DNA from: Bacteroidia bacterium
GTDB lineage: Bacteria; Bacteroidota; Bacteroidia; NS11-12g; UBA9320
Length of the DNA: 64,000 nt
NCBI GenBank assembly: GCA_965216465.1
Contig: CBDCFW010000005.1
Location: 544,001 to 608,000, forward strand
Reading direction: 5' to 3'
Both the position numbers and the translations under genes were made by a program. Of this stretch, positions 9,307-18,172 are shown piece by piece (the stretch's first letter is position 1; each line of letters opens with the position of its first letter). The notes below the pieces were generated by a model. That model was given only the letters and a program-made list of their open reading frames with translations. It did not search any database and was not told where the DNA came from.

Positions 9307-11159
9307 ACAGAAGAAAAATAGAGTTTAGTGCCAACAATCCAGGTATTAAACGCAATGAGATTGACACTACAGAAACGTTAGAGAATGTTGTTTCATACGT
9401 GAAAGGTAATGCATTTGCAGAGATTACGAAGCTGTATAGAAATGGAAAGGCAGGCAAAGATGAGCTGTTCCCTTACGCTATGTTCTCTGGTCTATTCTCC
9501 GAAAGAAAGGACGAAGCGCTAATTGAGCACTCAGGGCTTATTGCTATTGACATAGACAAGCTAGAAGATGTAGAAGAAGTATTTGATCAGATCTCAAAGG
9601 ATCCGCATACAGTATTCATGTATCGCACCCCTAGTTGGAATGGTTTAAAGGTTATCATCGCAATTGACATTAAAAAGAATACACATCAGGAATACTTCTC
9701 TGCACTTGAGAACTACTTTAAGATACAATTCGACATAGATATAGACAAAAGCTGTAAGAATGTGTCCAGAGCTGCATATCTGTGTTATGACCCTATTTGT
9801 TACGTCAACTATAATGCAGATGTCTTTAGAATTATAAAAAAGAAACCTCTTAAAGTAACTCCTCTATTCAGTCAACAAACCTACCTTGATGTAGAGCAGT
9901 GTATTATCAGTATTGAAGAACTCGAAATTGATCTGACCAGCACCTATGATCGTTGGTTCAAGATTGGTGCGGCGTTGGCCAATACATTTGGAGAAGAAGG
10001 ACGTGAGTTTTTCCAAAGGGTGTCTGCTTTTCATCCAGAATACGATCTCAAGAAATGTGATCAAAAATTCAGCGAGTGCCTAAAGTCCGATAACAGAACG
10101 GTAGGCATAGGTACTTTCTTTCATTACTGCAAAGTCGCTGACGTTCGATATAAAAAGAAGGAGAAGCAACTAGAATCCTTTGAACAACCTGTATTAGGCA
10201 AAGTCATCACGGCCAATCAACGCATTAAGAATGCTAAGTCAATGCCGCCGCTAACGGCCCTATTTGGACCATTCTGGCTCACAAGTCAGATCTGCATCTT
10301 GTTTGGCGATACTGGTTTGGGTAAGAGTAGTCTGATGGTACAGATCGCAGATAACATTAGTAAAGGAAAACGCTCTCTTGTCTTTCTATCTGACCAAGTT
10401 GAAAAGCAGAAAGTCCTGTTCGTTGATTTTGAGCTTTCAGATGCGCAGTTTGCAAGAAGGTATACGGATAGGAAAAACGCCTATGAGTTCAGTGACAACT
10501 TTCTCTTCTTGAACATCGATCTAACAGAGTACTATACTCAATCACACGACAAGTCTGATATTAGCTTTGTTGATTGGCTTTTCAGTTCAATAAAATCTGC
10601 TATCCAAGAAGAGGATGTTAAAGTTCTTATCATCGATAACATTACTTACCTTCATACACACTCAGCACAGGACACACAAGTAGCATTGGATCTTATGCGA
10701 TTGTTGAAGGAAGTAAAGGATGAACTGCAGATATCCATAGCAGTACTTGCTCACCCTCCAAAGCTTAAGCCAAACGAGTCTCTTACACTCAGTCATTTAG
10801 GAGGAAGCAAACACCTATCCAATTTCGCTGACTCAGTGTTTGTCCTTGGCAACAGCAACAATGGGACTAATATCAGGTACCTAAAACACCTTAAATCACG
10901 CGATGCTGAGATGTATTTCGACGCCAGCAATGTGATGACATTAGCACTATCAATGGTAGGCAATATGCTCAAGTTTGAAGTAGAAGGCTTTGCTGAAGAA
11001 TCGGATCACATTTCAGGGACGAAGGCTAAGGAGGACCAAAAGGAAAAGGTACTGGAACTGAAAAAGCAGGGGCTCTCATTGCGTAAGATTGCACAAGAGC
11101 TTGGCATCAGCCATATGAAAGTAAAACGCATCGTTGATCTTGATAAATACAGCAGGTAA
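9303..11159 (+). CDS. Primase-helicase replication protein (VirE-N/BT4734-like primase + PriCT-2 + RecA-type ATPase + C-terminal HTH)
   Basis: IDID and DKSCKNVSRAAYLCYDP; YDRWFKIGAAL; Walker A GDTGLGKS; Walker B LIIDN; C-terminal GLSLRKIAQELGIS. Confidence 0.85.
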   Translation: MNRRKIEFSANNPGIKRNEIDTTETLENVVSYVKGNAFAEITKLYRNGKAGKDELFPYAMFSGLFSERKDEALIEHSGLIAIDIDKLEDVEEVFDQISKDPHTVFMYRTPSWNGLKVIIAIDIKKNTHQEYFSALENYFKIQFDIDIDKSCKNVSRAAYLCYDPICYVNYNADVFRIIKKKPLKVTPLFSQQTYLDVEQCIISIEELEIDLTSTYDRWFKIGAALANTFGEEGREFFQRVSAFHPEYDLKKCDQKFSECLKSDNRTVGIGTFFHYCKVADVRYKKKEKQLESFEQPVLGKVITANQRIKNAKSMPPLTALFGPFWLTSQICILFGDTGLGKSSLMVQIADNISKGKRSLVFLSDQVEKQKVLFVDFELSDAQFARRYTDRKNAYEFSDNFLFLNIDLTEYYTQSHDKSDISFVDWLFSSIKSAIQEEDVKVLIIDNITYLHTHSAQDTQVALDLMRLLKEVKDELQISIAVLAHPPKLKPNESLTLSHLGGSKHLSNFADSVFVLGNSNNGTNIRYLKHLKSRDAEMYFDASNVMTLALSMVGNMLKFEVEGFAEESDHISGTKAKEDQKEKVLELKKQGLSLRKIAQELGISHMKVKRIVDLDKYSR

Positions 11160-11161
11160 AC

Positions 11162-11314
11162 TGTAACAGCTGTAACAAAATCCAATAATGTTACAGTTTA
11201 ACTCTCACTCAAAAGCTAACTCATTGATTATATTCAATTTAGCTACTTGTGCGAAGTGTAACAAAAACTGTAACAAACGTTGTAACACAGGCTGTAACAC
11301 ACCGAGTTGTTACA
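11162..11314. repeat. TGTAACA iteron cluster (putative replication origin)
   Basis: TGTAACA at 11162, 11171, 11257, 11269, 11281 and 11293 (last four at 12-bp period); inverted TGTTACA at 11189 and 11308. Confidence 0.75.
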
Positions 11315-11517
11315 AAATTGGAGCATCAAAAGAAGTGGCACAGGTGGCACAAAAGACTATAGAAATTAGGTGGAAGTGGTGGAAGCTGCACTACGCCCGT
11401 TTGTTCATACTTCAATCTCAAATTCACAATAAAGAGTAGATTTGTAGTACTTCCAGCTACTTTGGAAATTCAAAGTAAATGGAAGAGTAAAATATTGAAG
11501 CGTTAGCTTGATCTCTT

Positions 11518-11656
11518 GTTATCGAAAACTGGTAACTTTCATTAAATCCACAAGAGTGATAGACAGACGCTCACGCTATGGCGTGGGCTGTGTTTATTTG
11601 TGGATTTGGGTATACCAGTACCTCGATAACGGTAAGCTACAGTTCCACGCTTTTTT
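11518..11656 (+). ncRNA. Candidate structured RNA (long hairpin with alternative pairing and T-tract)
   Basis: Nested stems 11518-25/11623-30, 11528-34/11613-19, 11544-53/11598-607 and 11572-76/11581-85; 11581-91 can also pair with 11639-50, which is followed by T6. Confidence 0.55.
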
Positions 11657-11700
11657 GTGTTGACTTTTTTCCTCAGAGGGACTGATGAGGGTAAAACAAC

Positions 11701-12741
11701 ATGAACTCAAAACTCAAATCCTCTATCCTATTAGTCGCACTATTAGTTTCTTCCTGCTCCATTGATTCGACCACTGAATCATCAAGCCCATATTCCGATT
11801 ACCTTCAATACTCAGAGAATCTGGCAAAGAATCTCTCATCTGAAAGAATTGAAACTCGTAACAATCTGATTAACTCACTGGATTCCAATAACACATTTAA
11901 GATGCTATTGTCAGAAGAAAAGGCGGACATCAATAACCTGATTCTAATCGATGCCATTGCCAAAGGAATAAAAACAATCAGCGACCAAGGCTTTACCATT
12001 CCATCAGAGACTCATAACAACATCGCTGCACTTGACGATGGGAAGGGTAAAATTCAATTCGTAGTAAAGGCAATTGGGCTAACACAAGAGGTTCAAGGAG
12101 GTCTAACTCCAGAACTTGTATCTATCTTTGAAAGATACCGAAAGGCATTCGGATACTACGGCGGACCAACCACGCAATACGATGCCAATAAGAACCTGAT
12201 TGGAGAGATAAAGGAGTCATATGATCTGACACCCATTTTTGGTGTCATCGATGGTAAGAACCCAAAAGTAATTGATGCAATAACTCAGGCCAAGATTGAT
12301 GGAATATCTAGCTGGAGTAACGAAGAGGATGCAATCTACTCATACCTATCGGATAGAAAGGCATACAATCAATACTTAGCCGATAATTACCCGAAAAGCA
12401 AGCATTACATTCAATACGACATTGAAATCTCAGCTAAGGAACTCTACGACGCTTACCAAGCTAACGAGGTAGCTGCAGACGAGCGATTCAAGAACAAACG
12501 AGTGCTTGTCTATGGTAAGATATCAGATATTGGTAAAGACATCCTCAATGATCCATATTTATCCCTAGGAGTTGGCTATCTTGAAAGTGTTACCTGCTAT
12601 TTTGATAAGGAGAGCAATTCTCATATTGCGTCTGTAAGTAAAGGACTGAAAATTGAGATAATTGGCACTATCAAAGGATCAGGGATGCTTGGTACTGGGG
12701 TAATTCTGAACAAATGTTCAATTTGGAGCATTAACCACTAG
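11701..12741 (+). CDS. Lipoprotein with C-terminal OB-fold (tRNA_anti-like) domain
   Basis: Lipobox LVSSC; ISAKELYDAYQANEVAADERFKNKRVLVYGKI is typical of this OB-fold family. Confidence 0.7.
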   Translation: MNSKLKSSILLVALLVSSCSIDSTTESSSPYSDYLQYSENLAKNLSSERIETRNNLINSLDSNNTFKMLLSEEKADINNLILIDAIAKGIKTISDQGFTIPSETHNNIAALDDGKGKIQFVVKAIGLTQEVQGGLTPELVSIFERYRKAFGYYGGPTTQYDANKNLIGEIKESYDLTPIFGVIDGKNPKVIDAITQAKIDGISSWSNEEDAIYSYLSDRKAYNQYLADNYPKSKHYIQYDIEISAKELYDAYQANEVAADERFKNKRVLVYGKISDIGKDILNDPYLSLGVGYLESVTCYFDKESNSHIASVSKGLKIEIIGTIKGSGMLGTGVILNKCSIWSINH

Positions 12742-12762
12742 CTGCAATAAAAACATTCCTTT

Positions 12763-14139
12763 TCAATTAAACACTTTAGCAAGTTCTGCCGGATAAAAGT
12801 CCTTTACATCTTTCTGCGACATTCTTTTGAAATTAGATTCTCCATTTTCATTTATGCTTGCCTGAAATATAACAAAATCACTGTTGTAGCAGAGCATTGG
12901 ACTGTGAGTTGTAAAAATTATTTGACTAAGAGGATGTTCATCTGGCATTATCATTTTTTCAAGTAGATGCCTCAAGAGTTTGTATTGGTACTTAGGCGAT
13001 AAATTTAATTCCAACTCCTCAATTATTAGCACCTTTGGCCTCGATAATGAAACACGGAAAAGTAAGTAAAACAATTGTTGTATTCCTGTACCGTAAGATT
13101 CAATCGGTAGAATTTTTGAACCTGACACACTATTTTCAAACAGAATATTTATTTCATCTCTGATTTCACCAAATATCATTTCCATGCCCTTAGAAAATGG
13201 TGAATTCTGCTCTGATCGAACCTCAGCAGCATCTCCACCTGGATTAAATGATGACATTTCCTTGATAATACTTTGTAATCTATCGCGAGAAAATGGGTCA
13301 AGTGAAAATCGATGGACCCAACTCTTGAAATTCTTTGGACCAATTGATTCTGAAACATATACATTCTCATACGACTCACTTGTGAAGTACCTGTCGTTAT
13401 CAAGAAATAATACAGAATCATTTAGGAATGAAAGTATACCAGAAAAGACTTGAAACTTGTTCTCATGAATGAAAGGAGTAGTTGCAGTTGCGTCAACAAA
13501 ATATTCCTCACCATCAAATATCAGATGATTATACACTCCTACTTCCGTTAGTTTCATTGTAGCATCAAATTCTCCTAAACTGGTGATTTGTCCTTTAAAC
13601 CTAAACTGAACAGAATCCTTTTCCCCTGATTTGTTTGCATTTGAAATGGATCGATAAAATTCAGACTGCACTTCTGCTTCTTCTGACCCTTGACCGGCAG
13701 CCTTTGCTTCAACATTTAGTTGGTCGGATTGTGCTTTAGCAGCGGCAACTTGCTCATCATTGAAATACAAGCCCTTCATTTCGAGAATGAGTTTTTCATC
13801 AATCTCAACTAGTGTCTTAATTGGAATATCAACCCAAACCTCAAATTCAATTGGTGTTTCACGCTTCATATTGCGAAAAATAAAAGGCGCTCTATCTATT
13901 ATTCCATCCCACCAATCTGTATTGGGAAACTTTTCATTATCATCTTCAAAATCAAACTCTGTTGAGTGAGCTAATTTCTGTTTTTCAAGTTTCCTACTAA
14001 ACAACATCTCAATGAATTTCAACATATTAGATTTCCCACTGTTGTTAAACCCATATAACATGTTGACATTTGAAATCCATTTAATGTCTTGTTCTTTGAT
14101 ACTCTTAAAATTTTTAATTTTGATCCTTCTTATTTTCAT
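12763..14139 (-). CDS. ABC-type (AAA_15/AAA_21, OLD-like) ATPase without a TOPRIM domain
   Basis: IKNFKSI; Walker A GFNNSGKS; signature-like YGTGIQQ; Walker B LIIEE; H-loop FTTHSP; ends about 45 aa later. Confidence 0.85.
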   Translation of the reverse strand: MKIRRIKIKNFKSIKEQDIKWISNVNMLYGFNNSGKSNMLKFIEMLFSRKLEKQKLAHSTEFDFEDDNEKFPNTDWWDGIIDRAPFIFRNMKRETPIEFEVWVDIPIKTLVEIDEKLILEMKGLYFNDEQVAAAKAQSDQLNVEAKAAGQGSEEAEVQSEFYRSISNANKSGEKDSVQFRFKGQITSLGEFDATMKLTEVGVYNHLIFDGEEYFVDATATTPFIHENKFQVFSGILSFLNDSVLFLDNDRYFTSESYENVYVSESIGPKNFKSWVHRFSLDPFSRDRLQSIIKEMSSFNPGGDAAEVRSEQNSPFSKGMEMIFGEIRDEINILFENSVSGSKILPIESYGTGIQQLFYLLFRVSLSRPKVLIIEELELNLSPKYQYKLLRHLLEKMIMPDEHPLSQIIFTTHSPMLCYNSDFVIFQASINENGESNFKRMSQKDVKDFYPAELAKVFN

Positions 14140-15809
14140 TATATATAGTCTTTATATTGTTCTAAAACATTTCTTGATAAAACCTCAAACTGACTCCGAT
14201 CGATTGTATCATCGGTAAAATGTTTGAGCAAGAATAAATGTAATCTAATAAACACGTCTGTGTGCTTTACTTTCTTGAATAGCGGATAGTTACTGTTAAT
14301 TAATAAATCCCCGTCTACAAGTTTACAGGCAGGATATAGTTCTTGATCATCATCAAAATCCCAATCATCTTTTAAGACCCTATACGATGTTCCATCATGT
14401 TCAATAGTCTTCTCTACATAATGTTTTGATGACTTCTCTAGTGGTTCTTGCCTATTTTTTTTCGTCACATCCTTTTCTTCCTTATCAATCGCATCTGGAC
14501 CAAAATCAAATTCAAAAACTTCTTGTTCAATCTTACGCTCAAGCTCTGCAAGGCGATTCTGTCTTTCCTCTGAACTTGGTGTTTCATCGACAGGTTTAAT
14601 AAAACCTAAATTACTAATTCTTTCTGTCGACAAGTTGCGTTTGTAATCAGCTTCAGCTTCTAATTGATTTGAATGCTTGTTCAAGATGTCAACCATATAC
14701 TCTACCACTTTCTCATAATCTTCGTGATAGACAAAATCATCTCTTGAAACATTTATTAAATCATTTACACCTTCAATAAAGTGAATCTCTCCAGTCAACT
14801 GATGTAACCTCGATCTAGCTCCTCCCCTTTGTATTCCAAGTCCAAATCTTTCCCTTCGCCCTACTCCTGCATTTATGTTTCTTCTTTTTAAATATCTAGC
14901 TTCGTATGGTCGAACCGACTTCTTATCTGTGAGAATAAAATATTGAAACTTGACTCTACCAATTGTTACAATGTCATCTGCGCTAATTACCGGATCTTGA
15001 TGATGATATTGATTCTCTTCGAACCTCCGCTCAACGCCATTAACTTCAAGCAACGTTTTGCCATGTGTTTTCCTTTTGAGCTCCTTCCCGTTCAAAACAA
15101 CTTTGAATGGAAGATTTGGAGAATATTTCTTAACAAGAGAGTCAAATCGTTCATCCTCATATTTTATAGGAAGATCTTCGGTCAATCCCCAAATGAGCTT
15201 GTCCATCCCATCTTCACTGTGAATTGAATATTTTCTCTTCCCAATAGATTTGGATGGACTAAAAAAAGCACTGGTTAATTCTGTAAAACCTTTTAATGTA
15301 ATCCTCGTATAATGTTTGGATTTCAGGCTCACATCCCTGTACGTACCCCCACGGATATCAATCTTATCAATATCAATTGAACGTTCTTCATTGAAATACT
15401 CGTAACATGGAACAGAGGCCTTTACAACCTCTTCCGATCCTCCACATGTGGTTTCGATACTGTAGTTATCAAAAAATGGAAAACTTGACAAGAATCCTAC
15501 ACCGAACTGCCCAATAACAAGTCTTCCAGATCTTGTTTTTGCTCCCTTTTCTCTCGTCTTTCCAGCTATTTTTACAAGAAAATCAAATTCCGCCTCTGTC
15601 ATCCCTTTCCCATTGTCCTCAATCACAACCTCTTGACTATCTAGATTAACGTCTATCGTCACAGACGATGCGTCTGCGTCATATGAATTTGTAATAATCT
15701 CTTTTAGGGCACTGGGAAAATTCTCATATGTAGATTGACTCAAAATCTTTACGATTCTTTTATCAACCGAAATTTGCTTTGGCCAAATATTTTTCTTCAC
15801 CTTACTCAT
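14139..15809 (-). CDS. MORC/GHKL (HATPase_c_3) ATPase
   Basis: ALKEIITNSYDADA, EDNGKGM, IGQFGVGFLS; S5-like region with GEIH...INVSRDDF; coiled coil; no nuclease motif seen. Confidence 0.88.
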   Translation of the reverse strand: MSKVKKNIWPKQISVDKRIVKILSQSTYENFPSALKEIITNSYDADASSVTIDVNLDSQEVVIEDNGKGMTEAEFDFLVKIAGKTREKGAKTRSGRLVIGQFGVGFLSSFPFFDNYSIETTCGGSEEVVKASVPCYEYFNEERSIDIDKIDIRGGTYRDVSLKSKHYTRITLKGFTELTSAFFSPSKSIGKRKYSIHSEDGMDKLIWGLTEDLPIKYEDERFDSLVKKYSPNLPFKVVLNGKELKRKTHGKTLLEVNGVERRFEENQYHHQDPVISADDIVTIGRVKFQYFILTDKKSVRPYEARYLKRRNINAGVGRRERFGLGIQRGGARSRLHQLTGEIHFIEGVNDLINVSRDDFVYHEDYEKVVEYMVDILNKHSNQLEAEADYKRNLSTERISNLGFIKPVDETPSSEERQNRLAELERKIEQEVFEFDFGPDAIDKEEKDVTKKNRQEPLEKSSKHYVEKTIEHDGTSYRVLKDDWDFDDDQELYPACKLVDGDLLINSNYPLFKKVKHTDVFIRLHLFLLKHFTDDTIDRSQFEVLSRNVLEQYKDYI

Positions 15810-16900
15810 TGAGCTATTATTAGTACTTCTCTATTCTCTCTGGCATTTCCATTTTGCTTATTAAGCGCATACTTGTAGTGCATACTTTTTACTTGGATAC
15901 TTGTTTTATACTTAGACAACAGTTCAAGTATTTCTTCAATAGATGGAATCCCATTCTTCTTATACGAAATCACAATGGTGCTTTTTTGATAAATGTCGAA
16001 TAGCTTATTAAAGCTATCAAGTACATTCCTTTTCTTAAATGCCGTACTATGGAGTTCCTTTTTGTATCGGAGGTTTTTTGAAGTAAAATCAATCATATCA
16101 CCCCACTGATTGTAATCCATTAATCCTTCCAAAAAGTGATAACAATAAAGATAATCTATGGTATCATGATCACCGTTTATATCCACATATGGAGGATCTA
16201 AATAAACTAAATCATACTCTCCTGAGATAGATAAAGCATCTTGGTTTAATGCCACGCATCTTTCACTGTTATCAAAAACACATCTATTGGCTTCCTCAAT
16301 AAATTTCCTTACTTGATCTTCAAATGTTCTCTCCCAAGTGACTTTGTTGCCAAAATTGCGTTTCACATCGTTCAACCGCATGTAAAGATTTTTTCTATGA
16401 AACAAATTGTATGGCCTTTTCGTCAAACATGCTTGAAACAATCCAAATAAAGCAAGATCAATCTTTACACTACTTTGGGGATCACCTTTAAACACCGACT
16501 GCAGATTATACATAAACTTATCCAACCAAACATTTTCCTCATCTGTGAAGTAGATGTTGTTAAAGTTATCGGCTATAAAGCTGTTCTCCAACTCTATTTC
16601 ATCCAAATTGAGTAAGAGGTCAATCTCTGACGATGACAATTTGACTGAACTATTTTCAATTAGAGCCTTGCCAATGGTTGTATTGAACTTCAATGAATCA
16701 TTGTAAGTCACACTTTTTCCTTTTGTCTTGAATAAGTAACTTACAGCTCCAGTACCCCCAAAAGCATCTAGTACAGTTTGGTAGTCTAGGCCATCAAGCT
16801 GTTCTTCAATCCAATCTAGTATTTTCCTCTTGCTACCTTGATATCGGGTAGAAGGAAAGTACTGAGATGTTATTTTCTTTTCAATTACTTTCATTATCAA
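15806..16900 (-). CDS. N6-adenine DNA methyltransferase (D12 class)
   Basis: RYQGSK, DAFGGTG (SAM binding) and YLDPPY (catalytic). Confidence 0.92.
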   Translation of the reverse strand: MIMKVIEKKITSQYFPSTRYQGSKRKILDWIEEQLDGLDYQTVLDAFGGTGAVSYLFKTKGKSVTYNDSLKFNTTIGKALIENSSVKLSSSEIDLLLNLDEIELENSFIADNFNNIYFTDEENVWLDKFMYNLQSVFKGDPQSSVKIDLALFGLFQACLTKRPYNLFHRKNLYMRLNDVKRNFGNKVTWERTFEDQVRKFIEEANRCVFDNSERCVALNQDALSISGEYDLVYLDPPYVDINGDHDTIDYLYCYHFLEGLMDYNQWGDMIDFTSKNLRYKKELHSTAFKKRNVLDSFNKLFDIYQKSTIVISYKKNGIPSIEEILELLSKYKTSIQVKSMHYKYALNKQNGNARENREVLIIAQ

Positions 16901-17078
16901 CTAGTAGATCTTTGACACTAACTTTTAGCACCTCGGCGATAGCATATAGAACTTCCAATCTAGGTTGAGATTTGTTGTTGCAATAGTTGTTTACAATCAC
17001 CGTGCTTTTGTTAATCTGTTCTGACAACCACGTTTGAGTTCTACCCTGAGCTTTAAGTACTTTCTTAATGCGATTCAT
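16881..17078 (-). CDS. Cro/C1-type HTH regulator (controller-protein-like)
   Basis: MNRIKKVL...TQTWLSEQI...YCNNKSQPRLEVLYAIAEVLKVSVKDLL; overlaps the MTase start. Confidence 0.88.
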   Translation of the reverse strand: MNRIKKVLKAQGRTQTWLSEQINKSTVIVNNYCNNKSQPRLEVLYAIAEVLKVSVKDLLVDNESN

Positions 17079-17104
17079 TAATTTATCTTAAACTTATGCT
17101 TTAA

Positions 17105-17129
17105 CAAAAGTAATTGTATTTTATTACTT
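17105..17129 (-). promoter_or_regulatory. Promoter -7 element overlapped by an inverted-repeat operator
   Basis: Minus-strand TACTTTTG (17105-12) overlaps AAGTAAT-N8-ATTACTT (17108-29), upstream of the HTH gene. Confidence 0.55.
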
Positions 17130-17189
17130 ATTGAACATCTTTTTAACCAAACTGGTAATCTATTCTTCACCTAATTCATTTTACGAATC

Positions 17190-17939
17190 CTAAATATCCT
17201 TCCTACCATACTTATACAATGCGCTGTTGACAAACAAGGCTGGAACCTTTGCACTTTCTGAGACCTTCACAATATGAGTGTGCACCATAGAGCAAGTAGC
17301 ATAGTTATCTAACAACGACCCAGAGTGTTCGTTTAACCAATCTGGATCAAAATCTTCCATAAATTTGTATCCTTCTTTTTTTAACCTTAGAATTCCTTTG
17401 TTAACTTCAAAGCCCGTTGCTAGAACAATGGAATCAATTCCATCAACTTCCCAAAGTCTTTTCTGATCTTCTAGGATAATCTTAAATGGCCCAAGAAATA
17501 AAAAAGGTCCAATACCATTTACAGCCTTTTCTTCTCGGTATTTGTTCAGTTTACTTAAAAGTCTTTGTTGCAATTTATTTATGTCATGAACTGAACAGGT
17601 TCTAAAGTCAGGCATTAGATCTTTTACCCTTCTGTAGAATGACCTATAGCCAATAAGAGCCTCATCTAACTCGTCAGGACCAAATCGTTTGCAGAATCTC
17701 TTTGCCATTGAAGCATCTTTTGCGATTGATCCATCAATAAATCTTGAGGCATATTCAAAAAACTCAAATTCAAATTTCGAGTGTAAAGTCCATCCCAAAG
17801 AAATAGCAGCAGCTATTGGGTAGTAATCACTTTGAATCTCATTAAAGAATGGTCTATTCCTTTCGTAAATTTCTTCGCTAAATAATCTACCATGTTCTGC
17901 AAGGTATGTGGCTATACTAATATCATTTTTATGCTTCAC
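17190..17939 (-). CDS. Hypothetical helical protein with a helix-hairpin-helix-like motif (DNA glycosylase-like?)
   Basis: VNGIGP resembles a HhH turn; C-terminal VNSALYKYGR resembles the terminal helix of HhH-GPD glycosylases; canonical Asp not evident. Confidence 0.4.
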   Translation of the reverse strand: MKHKNDISIATYLAEHGRLFSEEIYERNRPFFNEIQSDYYPIAAAISLGWTLHSKFEFEFFEYASRFIDGSIAKDASMAKRFCKRFGPDELDEALIGYRSFYRRVKDLMPDFRTCSVHDINKLQQRLLSKLNKYREEKAVNGIGPFLFLGPFKIILEDQKRLWEVDGIDSIVLATGFEVNKGILRLKKEGYKFMEDFDPDWLNEHSGSLLDNYATCSMVHTHIVKVSESAKVPALFVNSALYKYGRKDI

Positions 17940-18172
17940 TATGAAAGCGAAGTTAAGTGAGTGTGCTATCAGAATGCAAGTTCTATTGCTTAGAAAGCAG
18001 TGGAATCACTTCGAAATGAACTGCAATTGATTCTCAGAATAAGGCTTCAACCTTAAAATGATTGGTTTTCAATACGATACTATCACGTGTGACTTTCTAG
18101 GTAATGAAAGTAGAAGCAGTCGTTTAAACCACACATAGGATAAATTGACCAATTACCTAACTTTGAAAGAAT

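Noticed and set aside
11257-11299. Periodic repeats as a possible CRISPR array
   Set aside because: 7-bp repeats with 5-bp spacers and no cas genes; no CRISPR array was seen in the window.
11188-11439. 83-aa ORF with repeated CN motifs, resembling a Cys-rich peptide or RiPP precursor
   Set aside because: The CNK/CNT repeats are just the in-frame reading of the 12-bp-period TGTAACA iterons; no maturation enzymes nearby.
12763-14139. Calling the ATPase GajA, PtuA, AriA or OLD
   Set aside because: No TOPRIM domain and no UvrD, HNH or AriB partner next to it.
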